Source: Saprolegnia diclina VS20 (lineage: Eukaryota). From it: a DNA stretch of 64,000 bases. Made by a program: the position numbers and the translations under genes. Under the pieces are notes generated by a model, which saw nothing but the letters and a program-made list of their open reading frames with translations, ran no database searches and was not told the origin of the DNA. Below, in pieces: positions 35,466 through 48,200 of this stretch. Location: positions 222,974-286,973 of the forward strand of contig NW_008246088.1 in assembly GCF_000281045.1 (NCBI RefSeq). Direction: 5' to 3'. Each line of letters begins with the position of its first letter. Position 1 is the stretch's first letter.

Positions 35466-38400
35466 CTAGTACTGGCTGTACACGGAGAGCCTGTCGCCGG
35501 TCGAGAGTGGCGAGAACGGGTTCACGCGGGACCACATGATGGCTTCGTCCAGCGAGATCGCCGACACCTCGTCCTCCAGCTTGATCGATGGGCCGTGGAT
35601 GATCTAGCGCCCATTATATAGACAAGTGCTGCCACAAGAAAGGTCGACCTCGCCTGTAAAGAGCGATCGCAAAGGAAATTTGGCCTGGCCCGCCGACGGG
35701 AGGTTGGAGCCGGGCACGACGACGGCTTCGACACGACCTTGCAGCGCGTCTAGACCCATCGTGACATACCCACAGGGCGACGTTGCATGTTACGCGGTGG
35801 CGACGCAAGAACCTTGTGCCACGTAGCCACGCGTGCTTGTAGCGCTTCTGGCCACGAGCTGCGCGACCGCTCGAGCTGCGCGAGCACGTGCTGCAGCCGG
35901 CCGAGATCCCGCGACGCACAGTAGTCGGCTTCCTACACTCGCTTGAACCCAGCCACTTTGCTCACACGTAACCAACGGCTTCGAGCAAAGCGGCTTCGGG
36001 GATTGGAAGTCGGACGGCGGCGCCATAGCACTGCGTGTGGACGACGTGGAAGAGGTAGCTTACGACAGGGACCGGCGACCGGGCGTCCATGGCTTGTACG
36101 GCACCAGCAAATGCCATGAGGGCCAAGAGCGTCGCGCGCTGCCTACAAAACTCTCCATCAATGTATCAATGTATCAGGCGGTACTTGGGCGACGCTGCCA
36201 CAGCGTCGTACGAGCCCAAGATGGTCGTAAATGCAAACACCACGGGCCAGTTGACCTCCGGGGCACCGAGAAGCTCTAGCACTCGCATCCACGTCTGAGC
36301 TATAACTCCAACCGACTGTACCGAATACTTCCGAGATGGCGAGTTGAAGGCCCTAGAGTATGCACCTTCTTGTTGATACGAGTCCGAAGGCTGCATGGGA
36401 GCGCACCTCTGCTTCGTCGCCGAGCAAAAGGTGCAGTCGAACGGCATCGACGAGCTAAGTAGAGCAAGGTAGAACGCAGCAAGCATCGCAGGTGGTCGTC
36501 CGTACACGCTCGCCCGCCAACGCATCACGGAGCTCGGCTTCGAGCTCGGTTTGCTCGAGAAGCCGCGCCGCAAGAGTTTGCGTGCGTCCGAGGCGCGCCT
36601 GGCGCGCGCACAATAGCCACGTCTAGTGCATCATGAGCAGCGCGAGAGGCTGTGGCAGAGGACTTCATATTTTGCTTCGAGAGGCGGGAGTGTGCCGAGG
36701 AGCTGCAACACTAGGGGCAGCGCCCCGAGTGCTTCGTACTTGAAAGCGAGGCGGCGCACGAGCATGACGGGTGGGTGCTGTGGCGACACGTCTGTCGAGA
36801 GATACGTCGAGAGCACGTACGCCAGCTCGAGCTACACGATGGATGGCCATATGGAACCAAGATATGGACCGTGCCTGGTCGCCGCGCAGAAGGACAGCTA
36901 TCGCATTGTCCATGGCGTGGACGGAGAGGTAGCAACACGCTGCAAGAATCGGGTCGCCCGCGTCCACGTACTGCGTCGCCAAGGCTGCACGCGAGCTGTG
37001 GCGCAGCGCCGACTACAGCTGGTGAGACGCAGTTTCTCGAGGTCAGGGGACGCACCCAGTCCTGCTGGCTGGGCGAGTTACTCAAAGATGGCGCTGCGTG
37101 AGGCATCGTCTCGCTCGCCTTGGCGACGACGAATGCATCTTCATACTGACTACGGCTGTGGTACAGAGCGACAGCGCTTTCAACGTCGCGGGTCGCTACG
37201 TAGTACACGGCAGCGTCCTCGCTCTCGCTCGCGGCCAAGTGCTCGGCGTACTCGGTTGCAAGCTTCTCCCAAAAAGCCATCGAGACACCCGGTGCGACAG
37301 CTAGCGCCTTCTCCCACTGGTTCATGTCGGCCAAAATACGGCAATAGCTACAGCGGCTTTGAGATGGCACGTTGTACGAGGCGATGACCGTACCGAACGA
37401 GGTTGCCCGCCTTGAGGTACGTCGCCGCCGCTTGCAAAAGGTGTTCTTCCTTGTTGAGGCGCGTCGTTTTGCTCGGGCGGCGCGACTTGGCCAAGCCCGC
37501 CTCGAGGCGCCGGGCCTGCTCAAGGTACGTCTCGACAACGCTCTCTTCGCGCTGGATGCGCATCTCACGCGTGCTCTTTTGTTGCAGCAGCGCAAAGAAA
37601 TTCGCGAGGCCGGGCAGCATGCCCGCGACAACAAATGCTGCTTCGATGGGCGCCACATCCGGAGCTGAGAGCACGGTGGCTAGCAGCGTCGTTGCTGACT
37701 CGTACGTGCGGAGGCCCCAGAAACGCAAAGTCGAGTCCCGCGAGCATGACACGAACGTGCACGGCGTCGCAAGATGCGTCGCGATGCCATACACGTCGGC
37801 GAGATGGTCGACGACCACGAGTCGGCAGCTCCGCGAGTGGATGTCCCAAATGCGAATCGTGGCGTCCCAGCTGCCGCTGAGCAAGAGCGGCGCGCTAGAA
37901 AGAAAGAACATCAGTATCAATCGAGTATCAAGATCGAGCAAATACGGTGCAGCGTGCCACACGAGCGCCCGCACAAAGCCCGTGTGGCCCGTGAGCGTAA
38001 TGTACGGCACGACAGCGTCCACAGCACTCTCTTCGGGCCAGCTCCAGACGCGGATCGAGCAGTCGTCCGAGCTGGACGCGAGAAGGAGTCGCGCCGGGTC
38101 GGCGTACCACACGGTGTGGAAGACCCGCGCGTCATGGGCCGCGAGAACGCGGAGCGGCTCGGTCGACGACGTCTTTGTGGCAAAGACGCGGACAACGTGG
38201 TCGATGCACCCGACGACGAGGAGGCCGTCGCCACGCGGGCTCCAGTCGCAGCCAAACGCAGCTCCTATCGTACTATGAGCAAACCCCAGTTGGTGGAGCA
38301 GGCTACCGGGCAGCACGTAGCGCTTGACGAGGACGCCGCTTGGCAAGGCCAGCACGACCGTCTTGTCTTTGGAGGAGGAGGCGAGAAGCCCATCGTCGCC

Positions 38401-39890
38401 AGTGTCCCACGCAACGCGGTAGACGGCGTCCGTGTGATGCCGCATCTGCACGGTGGCCACGCCGACGGCAGTGTCCCAGAGGAAGACGGTTCCCAAGGAC
38501 GACGACGACGCTATCAAAGAAGCGGTCGCCGGGGCCCATGCGACGCTGTAGAGCACGCCGTCTTGGCCCTGGAGATGTTGAAGGCAGTGCATAGTCTCGA
38601 CGTCCCAGATGCGCACACTGCCGTCGTGGCTGCACGTTGCCAAGACGTTTGGGTTGCTGGGCTGGTATCGCACATCGAAGATCGTCTCCTTGTGGCCGGG
38701 CTGCAGGCACGCAAATGAGCTCATTTGACAAAACCGCGAGGGACACATACGTGGCTTGCCCATGCGAGGTGGCGCTTCTGGAGGTCGTAGACACCAACTG
38801 AGCCGTCGACTGCGGCGCACAAAAGGCGGTGGTCCTGCAACACTGCGATGTTGTGGATGCCGGACGACTGGGCGCGGACGTGCTGCAGCGGCTGCGGCTG
38901 CGAGACGTTCCAGATCTTGAGGATTCCACTGCGCGCGTTGGCCGTCACAAACTGCCCCGGCGCCGACGGCAGCCTAATGCCAAGCACCAGTTGTACTTGC
39001 GCGAAATGAGGTTCGTACCAAGCAATGGCATTCGTGCCGGCGCCTTGCTTGTCGAACGTGTGCAGCTGCGTCCCGGTCGTCTCGTTGATCTCCCAGAGAG
39101 CACTGTGGCCGTCCTTGTAGGCTACGAGGAGGTACAAATGCGAGAGCGAGTCCCACGTCATATCGGTGATCGCGAGCGCCTTCTTGTCGCGCTTCTTCTC
39201 GCGTGTGATCAGCGTCAGCGCCGTTGGACGCGCGCCATGGTAGAGCCCGATGGCGCCGGACCTAGAATCGTATCAATCTATCAGGACAAAAGTGCACGGT
39301 CAACTCGAAGCCGATCGCGAGCATGCCACGCGTCTGCGGATTCCATCGCAGTACGGTCATGGGCGACTCGGTCGGCTTGGGCAGAAGCCGCGCCATGCTG
39401 TGGGTGTTGGCCTCGAGGTCGATCGTCCACACATAGATGCTAGTCGCCAAGTAGGACGTGCGATCGAAGTGGCGACGTACAGCTTGTCGCTGCAGGCGAT
39501 CGCGAGCTGCATCGTTGACGCGTCGTGGGGCTGCCATTGCAGCGAGATGGCGTGGTGGGCCGTCGGCAGCGTCGCTTGGAAGAGGATCTCCTCGGTCGTG
39601 ACGTTCCAGAGCACGACGCCGCCTTCCATCGCGACGGTCGCCAAGTAGGCGCGGTGGCAAGCGAACGGGCACCACGCGAGGCCGAGCACGTTGTCTTTGG
39701 TCGACAGGAGGCGGTGCAGGCGGAAGGTCGTGGCCTCGTACACGTACACGGCGAGCGTCGACGCGAACGCAAAGAAGGCGCCGGTGGCGTCGCTGCCCAC
39801 AATGTGCAAGTTGCCAAGCCCGCGCCGCTGCATGCAGCCCGACGGCACGACGCGGACTTGCTGGAAGCTCACCTTGGCCCGCGGGTCCAT
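35466..39890 (-). CDS. WDR17: WD40-repeat protein WDR17-like; multi-exon
   Basis: N-terminal FAFASTLAVYVY, then GHKETIFDVRYQPSNPNVLATCSHDGSVRIWD, LLLSGSWDATIRIWD and WEKALAVAPGVSMAFWEKL. C-terminal SAISLDEAIMWSRVNPFSPL is typical of WDR17. Confidence 0.85.
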
Positions 39891-40317
39891 CTCACACCAA
39901 CGCGATCTTTCGAAATGCTTTGGCCGGCGCTCCTTCATGGCAGCGCGTGAGTGATCGAAGAGCGCGATGCATTCTTGCCATCTCACAGCAGGCCGTGGCC
40001 ATCGACGTCGCTTGGCACATGACCGGCGCAGCCCTGTTCTGCCCAGGACCATGCCCGGATTCCTCTGTCTATTTGCACGCCACATTGGCCCCACACAGCG
40101 ACAAAGGTCTCAGTGCTCTGCATGTCGCCACGATAGAGCTACCCTGCTGCGAGATATCAAACGCGTTGATGGCAGTGAACGAGGTGGACGCGTGCAATGC
40201 GGTGATTCATGGTGGCGGTCGCGGGGTCGCCATGCAAAAGTTGCGTGTGTGTAGCCAATCCAGCCACTCCTTGGAGCAGGACAGGATCTTGCGACGTTTC
40301 GGAGCGAGCGAGCGTCG

Positions 40318-43300
40318 ATGGTATCGGCCAAGGAGGTCGCGCAGGTCGCAGTCTATGGCGGTCCGCTGGACAAGAAGGTAAAGACGCCGGATGCGCTTGC
40401 AGGATCTTCCTCGTCCTGTAGGGCCGCATGGGCTGGAAGAAGCGGTACTTCTACCTCACCATGTCGCAATGGATGTACTACGATGCCACGGACGCGTCGT
40501 CGCCGAGCTTTGTCACGAACGCGTCCGAGATCTCGCTCGTCGAGGAGCTCCATGCGTCGATCGATCCGGCTACGAGCCAGAGCACGAGCAGCAGCTCGTC
40601 GTCGTCCAAGGGCTACTGCTTTGCCATTGTCGTCGGCAAGAAGCGCAGCGAACTCCGCGCCGCAACAGAAGAGGACCGCGACGGCTGGATCGGCGCGCTC
40701 GCTCCGTACGTGAAAGAGACAGCGCCGCTCTCGAGCCCCCACGCCCACCACCCCAAGTCGCGCTCCAGTACACCTGCTGCCTCCTGACGCTATCGCTAGA
40801 GCATCCTCTCTGCGTAGAGGCCGAGCTCACCAAGGTCGCCGAGTACCTCAAGCAGCAAGTGGCGTTCCAGAAGAAGAAGCAGTTTACCGCCGACGACGCC
40901 ACGACGATTCTCGCCAAGAAGTTCCCAAACCTCGCGCTCACCGAGCTCGAAGCATGGGGCCAAACGCTGCTCGACGCCAAGTTCATCATGACGACGGGCC
41001 CGACGACCAAGGACTCGATCTCGTTTGGTCGGCACCCCGGCGTCTTTACGTGCGACGTCAAGAAGAAGACGACGAGTCGGCTCACGGCCAACGAGCGCTC
41101 GCGCATTAGCGACCTCATGAGCAGCGCGACGTTTGACGCACGGGCGTACGCCGAGCTCTTTCTGAAGCGGAATCCACCAGAGAAGATCCAAGAGCATTGC
41201 GAGATGCTCTTGGATCAAAAGGTTTGAGTCGCGTCGTGCGTCGCTTTGGACGAGTGCGAGCGTAGGACGCCATCATTGAGGAGCTCAAGAGCGATATTTG
41301 CGCCAACTACGTCACGTTTCTGTCGGCGGCCGCGGAGATTCGGAGCATGGACAGCAGCGTCTCGCTCATGAAGAGTGTCATCCACGACTGCAAGCGGTCG
41401 CTCGCGCAGCTCCAGGCCATTTCCCTCACGCCAACCAAGCAAGGTTGACTCGCATCCATGCACTGCCTCCAATAAGAACGTAGACGTCAAAAAGGCAGCG
41501 AGTGCCAGCAGCCAGAGCAAGTTGCTCGCCGCGGTGCCGACGCCGCCGGATGACATGCTTCTCGAGCTCGAGCACAGTCTCGAGATGTTCCTCTTTGAAC
41601 AAGACTACGACGGCTTTACCTCGCTCGTGCTCGACACGCGAAAGAATGCACCATCACTGGCGGCAAGTCGACGCCTCTATCGACGCCACGGTGTCACCAT
41701 CCACTAGGCCAGCGCGCTCGTCGACCGATACACGGCGCAGTTTGTGGACAAGGTGACAACTGCGACAACGGGCCACCAGACGTTCCGCGAGAACCACGTC
41801 ACCTATCTGCTCCGGCTGCACGAGACCAAGGCCGCGACCGACATGTGTTTGGAGGCGTACTCGGCGCGGCTGCACTCGCAGTTGCGCACGGTGGTAGCGT
41901 CCGGGCAGCCGCAGGCCTACGTTTTGGCAGCGTCGCGCGCCTTCTTCACGACGCTGCTCATGTGCTACGAGGACTTTGTCGCGAGCTTCGAGGGCCAGCC
42001 TAGCAGCTACTTTGTCGCACTCACGAGCTGGATCCATGCCAATGTGGCGCAGTTTGCCTCGGAAATCGCCCTGCACATCTTTGAATGCCCCGATGTCGCC
42101 ATGGCGTGGGTGGTGCGCGACCCGACCGAGCTCAAGGCTACGTCCAAGGCCATTGGCGCAAGCCTCCGGCTGCTCTACTTTGGCGCTCGCCAGCTTGAGC
42201 TCGCGGGCCTTCCGATCGCGAATCAGCTCGCGCACTGTCTCGCGCACCCGCTCCAAGAGCACATTTTGAGCTACGCCAAGGCCATCAAGGTATCGCGTGC
42301 GTCGAGTCTGTGTCGTTTATGAGAGAGGGTAGCTCAAGGTCAAGGACGAAGTCAAGCGCGAGCGATGGGACCTCCTCTCGATGAAGATCCGCGACGAGAA
42401 GACCCAAGCCGAACACGAGATTGCGCTCACCAAGAGCGCTCGCTTCTTTTACGGCCATTTGCAGCAGTACTTGCGCGACCTGCAAAAGCTCCTCCACCCG
42501 TCGTATCCGTCGTCCCAGTAGTCGCTACCACCCATGCACCTCTGTACGCAGCGATGTAGGTCGCCCAAGATCCAAATGGCAGTGCTCTACGAGACAGAGC
42601 TCGTCCTTCTCCAGTACCTTCAAGACATCAAGACCATGTTTGAGAACCCCAAGACGACGACGTCGGTCAAATACGCCCACGTACTACTCCACCGCTCTTG
42701 CGCCACCGAACGAGACGACTCCGTCTTGTAGGTCGTCGCGATGCTGTCGACGATGCGCTACATTGAGAAGGACTGCGTATCGCGCGTGCTCTACACTCTC
42801 ACGGCGTGTCTTCCCGCAACCCAGCTCCAAAAGGCCGACTTTGGCTCCCAAGTTGCTTGGACTTGCGTATTCTCGACTCAATGGCGCGTAGATTCGCCAG
42901 CTATGGCGTGAGATGCTGGACGCCAGCGTGCCGCGCATGGCGCAAGCTCTCTTGCGCAACAGCCTTCGCTGGAACGAGCTCAGCCTCGCGAGCGACGCGC
43001 TGCCATCGAACGGCGCCGCGTCCGCCCTCTTTCTGCCTACGCTCCTCCACGACTTGAACAGCGTGAGCCCGGACCAGCTTGACATCTTTGGTGTTGGTTG
43101 CCCACTCGTGTGGCGTGTCGACTCAGCCACCGCGTTAGGACCAAGACGACGTGACATTGCAGCTGCTCGAGGCGCTGTTGCAGGCCATGCTGGACGACAG
43201 TCCATGGTGGCAGCTCGTCGAGACCAAGCAAAAGGCGCTCGGGTACGGCGGCACAAGTCGGTGCATTGCCGAGCTGCGCGTGCTTACGTCGCGGGTCGCG

Positions 43301-43450
43301 TCGCCGGGCATCGCTCAAGCCGGCGCGAGCCTCGAGCAAAGGTTCAAGAGCATGTACAGCCGCGTTGGGACGAAGAAGGAGCTCGCACCCGATGCGTGGT
43401 GCACGCAATATGGCCTCGAGATCACAAAAGACGTCAAGACGAAAGCCTAA
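40318..43450 (+). CDS. Exocyst Exo84/EXOC8-like (Vps51-type N-domain) protein with N-terminal PH and DEP-like domains
   Basis: PH: GPLDKK|GRMGWKKRYFYL...ELRAATEEDRDGWIGAL. Then FDARAYAELFL...EELKSDICANYVTFLSAAAEIRSM, followed by a long helical rod. Confidence 0.7.
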
Positions 43451-43469
43451 TATCTACTGACGTACTACT

Positions 43470-44528
43470 CTATGACGTCGCGTCTTTGGTTGGGAACCAC
43501 TCCGAGATGAGGCGGGTCTTGGCACCGAACGGGCGTCGCTTGGTCGGTGCAGGCAACGTCGGACTACTCAGATCCACGAGCGCGTTGCTGCTCTTTGATG
43601 CATAGTCGTCTATCGGGTGCAGCGCAGCTCGTTTGGCGAAGGCTGCTTGCAGATTCGACCGCTGGTACACGGGCACTTGCCCCTTTGTATAGAGTGGCAC
43701 GGGTGGCTCGGAGGTTGTTGGCGTACGGCGCGTCTTGGGCAGCGGCGAGAGCACGTCAGTGAGGTCGACGACCGGCGCGGGCTTCTTGCTCTCGGGTTTT
43801 CGTGGGCGTTTGGGCGCGCGCTCGGGGCTGGAGGGCGCCGCGGGACGCTTGGCTGCTCGCTCGAGGGCGCGGACTTTGGCCATCAGCTTCTCGTATTGCT
43901 CGGCGCGGTACCGGTTCGAGGTCTTAAGCGCGAGAATGACGTCGTGCGGGCGCTGCAACTCGGCTTCCAGGACGCTGATCTGGTTGGTGGCAATGAACAT
44001 TTGAATGGAAGCGGCGACCGAGGCTGCGCCGACTTGAGCCTGCAGCTGCTTCAAGGTCGCCCGCATCTCGACCGCCTCCTGCTGGAGCTTGAGTTGCGCG
44101 TACTTGGCGTCGTGTTTGGCCTTCTTGAGCACTTCGTTGGCCTTCTTGAGGGTCGTGATTTCGCTAGTGGCGTCGAGGACCCGTTGCTCGTACATCACCA
44201 TATCTTGGGTTTGATTTTTGAGCCGCGCCTCGAGCGCGCCGACCCGCGAGGCCAGCGACTTGTTCATGGCTTGGATCTCGCGGACGTTGATCGTGCCCTC
44301 GTTGTCGACCGTGTCGTTGGACGGACGCGCACATGGGGCCGCCGGCGGCATGTAGAAGAGCTTGGTCGTGTGATGCGGCTGGCACGGCGCGCGGCAGGTC
44401 GGGCATTGCCGCTTGGCGCGCAGAGACATGGCTGCGCACTTGCCATGGTAGACGTGGCCGCAGGGCAGGCAGCTCAAGTCGTCGACCAGCGGCTCGAGGC
44501 AGATGCTGCACTCGCCCTCGCTTGACAT
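43470..44528 (-). CDS. RING finger + coiled-coil E3 ligase, TRAIP-like
   Basis: CSIC...LPCGHVYHGKC...CPTCR (RING-H2), long coiled coil, and C-terminal PIP-box-like TRLISEWF. Confidence 0.8.
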   Translation of the reverse strand: MSSEGECSICLEPLVDDLSCLPCGHVYHGKCAAMSLRAKRQCPTCRAPCQPHHTTKLFYMPPAAPCARPSNDTVDNEGTINVREIQAMNKSLASRVGALEARLKNQTQDMVMYEQRVLDATSEITTLKKANEVLKKAKHDAKYAQLKLQQEAVEMRATLKQLQAQVGAASVAASIQMFIATNQISVLEAELQRPHDVILALKTSNRYRAEQYEKLMAKVRALERAAKRPAAPSSPERAPKRPRKPESKKPAPVVDLTDVLSPLPKTRRTPTTSEPPVPLYTKGQVPVYQRSNLQAAFAKRAALHPIDDYASKSSNALVDLSSPTLPAPTKRRPFGAKTRLISEWFPTKDATS

Positions 44529-45025
44529 GGCCGCTTTTGCGAATTTGAATTTTATCCAATCGTAGGGCGCTGTTTGAATTTGGAGGTGTATTAGTGTGAA
44601 ATAGGGCGATATTAGTGTGCTGTAGAATCATCGGGGCGGGCAACGGCCCAAGCCACCAGTGCAAGTGGCGTGAACGTCGATGTTGTCTGCGACGCCCAGC
44701 AAATAGTACCAGCAATCATATCGGTGTCACTTAGGGTGTCAGTACCGGTACCTCATTCATTGTTTAACCTCGAGCAACGAGAGCGTCTGGCAAGTCGGCG
44801 GATTTAGCTGGCAGTGAAGCGCGTTTCCGGTGGCATCATCTCACGCGCTAACCCCTACGTATGGCCTTCGCCACAGCACAAGCCTGCTACGAAGTCAACG
44901 TTGGTGACAAGTGTACTAGTACGATCAAGCATTGCGAGCTTCGGAGGGGTAGGAAGGTCGTTGGCTGCCGGTCAGCTTGATCGCGCAGTCTTGAATTGAC
45001 CAATGGAAACGCGTCGATCCGTCTC

Positions 45026-45041
45026 ATTTTGGCCAATCATA
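45026..45041 (+). promoter_or_regulatory. CCAAT-box-like element
   Basis: attttggccaatcata, in the divergent promoter region between the RING gene and the gene starting at 45213. Confidence 0.5.
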
Positions 45042-45212
45042 AGGTGGCCGACCGGCAGCACCCAGGATGCAATAATATACCAAGCACAAGCTAAACGTGC
45101 GTCACCTATTTAATCATCATACAAATCTCTGTCATTGCAGCATATTAATATAACCATTTGGAAAACAGGATATTAATATTCGCATCGTATTCTATAAATA
45201 ATTTGGCACGCG

Positions 45213-48200
45213 ATGGAGCTGAGCGCTGACGACGACCTCGGCGCGCCACGTCTTGGCCTTGGCACGAGCAGCACCGACGCCCCGAAGACGCTCTACGATG
45301 CACTTCTGATGCACGTGGCCGCGCGCTTGCATATGAAGTTGTGCACGGCCGCTCGGAAGCGCCCGTCCTACGAGGTCGCCAAGATCACCGAGGCGCTGGT
45401 CCATACGAGCTACGTGGCCGGCGACGCGCTGGACGACGCGACGCAGCGCATCGTGCGCATGCTACAAGCCGAGCCAGGCGTGGCGCTCGACGTTGCTGGC
45501 AGCTGCTTGCTTTTGGACGCAGGCAAGCTCCGGCCCCTGCACGAGAAGGATACGCTTATTGCGCCGAGCGCAGATGGGCCCGGAGCTGTCAAGGAGATTG
45601 TGCGACGCATGGCGCGTCAGATCGCATTTCTGCCGCTGACCCAAGTCACGATTGCAGTGGCGGCCAAGAAGGCTATTGCGGGCTGCACGTCGATCGGAGG
45701 CAAGTGGATCAAGCGGAGTGTCCTCGAAGGGGTCATGCAGCTCGGGTGCTTCAAGAAGACGACCAACGCCGACGGCGTCCCTTGCATCGCGATCGACCCG
45801 ACGCGCCTCAACCGCTCCGTGGCGTCCGTTCCCGACCTCAGTTTCCTCCGGCGACTCCCGGCGCAGACGTCTGGCTCGTACGCACCGCCTCCTCCACGCG
45901 AGCCGACGCCTCTCGCTGCAACGAGCGCATCTCACGGCCAAGCAAGCACACTCTACGACGCGCTGATCGAGCACATTGTCGTGCACGTTCATGCCGCAGC
46001 GCACACCGCGATCAGCAAGAAGGCCAAACAGTACAAGGTCAAGAAGATCACAAAACTGCTCACGAAGGCCGGCTACATTGACGACGTTCCACGCACGGCC
46101 CAGCAGGTTCTGGAATGCGTCCTGCGCGATCGCTGCCTCACCTGCGTCGACGGTGCATCGATCCTGGCCACGCGCGCCAGTCCTTATGCCGTCCCCGCTG
46201 CAACGCGCCACGGCGTCACGGCTCTCGTGCAGGCGTGGGCAGCAAAGATTGCGATCGCTCCGCACGAACTGACAAACCTCCGAGCGCAGCTTCAGAAGGC
46301 CGAGCTCGTCGAGGGATTCGACGGCATGGCCGAGCAAGCCTTTGACGCCTTGTGTGCCCTTAAGTGCATGGCCACTGTCCGCAACCACAAGGCGGCCCTC
46401 TGCCTCGGCATCGACCCGTCGCTTGTCCATCAGTCGCTAACTTTGTTCGTGGACGTGTCGTTTCTGCGCTCTCTGGCGTCGGTCGCGGCGCTATCCCCCG
46501 CGGTGTCCTCTCCGACGTTGCCGCTTTGTCGCCCGGCGCCAGCGCCCGTCACGGCCTCTTCCGCTCCGTCCAGGGAACTTGTGGATGACGCACGCCGCTC
46601 GAAGCAAACGCTCGGCGATACCCTTCTATATGCACTTGCCGATCACATTCGTCGTCTGGCGTACGATGCGATCCGCGGGGCCAAAGCTCGGTTCAACTTT
46701 GCAGCCAAAGTACCGCTGCTCCTGCGCGCGACGCGCTACATACCGCCGGCTCTGTACACGGAAACGCGCCAAGTTTTGCTTGAAATCGTGTTGCGCGATC
46801 AAAACTTGGTGTTTGTCAAGCCCCTCTTTGTCGTCTCGCGGGACCAACGCCCGCTGCCACTACTGCCGCCAGCGCGCCATTGGACGTCCGAGGCAACGCC
46901 AGCCGCCATGCTGCGTGGGCTGCTGAAACCTCTGGCGATTGCGCCGATCGCCATGATGGAGATTGCGAGAGCTGCGACGTCGGCGCTTGTCGCCCGCGGC
47001 GTCCACGAAGTTGCGACGGCCGTGCCCAAGCTCATTGCGGACCTCATGCAGCTCAAGTACGTCGTGGCCACCCAAGGCAAGGACCACGAAATCTACTTGG
47101 CGATCGATATGACGTGCTACCTTCGGCCAGCAGAGGACTTTACCTATGTGCCAGCACCCGAGTCGTGGCTCGTACAGAGCATGCCAACAGCAGCTTCATC
47201 TGTACCGAACCCAGTGGCAGATGACGCACCGAGGTCTTCGTCGTTTTGCTTGTCGAGCAGTGCACCGGAGAGCGTCGCGTCTTCTGGCATGTCGTCCGCG
47301 CTGTCTGTGCCATCGTCCCCGCTGTCCGCGTCATCGTCTGCGCCGCCGGCGTTGTGGGCCACGCAGTCTGCTTCGTCTTGTCCGCCGTCCCCTTCGTCGG
47401 TGCCGTCGTTGTTGGAGCCGCTGGACAGCGTGGCATCCGTGGTGAAGACGCACCACGACTCGTTCTTGCCGGCGATTTTGGCGTGGGTCCGCGAGGACAA
47501 CCCGTTTTACGTCTCGTACGTCCGCGGCCAAGTCCGTTCCCACCTCCCGAATGACGTGGATCTGGACGCAGCGGTCGACGCCGTCGTGACGTCGTTGACG
47601 CAGCATCCCGAGCTCGTCTTCTGCGACAATGACCGACCGTGTTTTGTCGGCAAAGGGTGTGCTCCGCCCGACGACATTGTCGTGCAAGCCCCTCCACCAG
47701 GGACCTCGGACAACGACGACGACGAAAGCTGCAGCGAGATTTCAGCCGGTACGTCGAAAGCGGTACTGAACCCGAAGCAATGCGAATGTAGAAAGCGAAG
47801 TGTCGGACGAGTCCGAGCCAGACGCCGAGACGCCGGCTCCAGTGAGCCTGCCACCGACCACTGACATCTCACCACGACGCGTGATCGCCGCGTATGTGCA
47901 GCAGGTGGTACATCAACTTGCCTTGGGCGCCGTCTACGACGTTCCGCTCTTGACGCATCAGCTGAGCCGCCTCGGCATCGACGCCGATGACATTGACGAT
48001 GCCGTCGCTGCTGTCGTGGCCACGCTTCAGTCGATGCCCAGCGTTGTTAGCACCCACGACGATCGTGGCGACTGGAGCTTTCGTCAAGACAGTCCAAAAC
48101 GATTGGACGAGAAACTTGTACCAGACAAGCGTACGTACACACCTTTGATTTTCAGTTGATAACCCATGGCGTAGAGGCACCGTCGCAGCACGCCGCTGTG

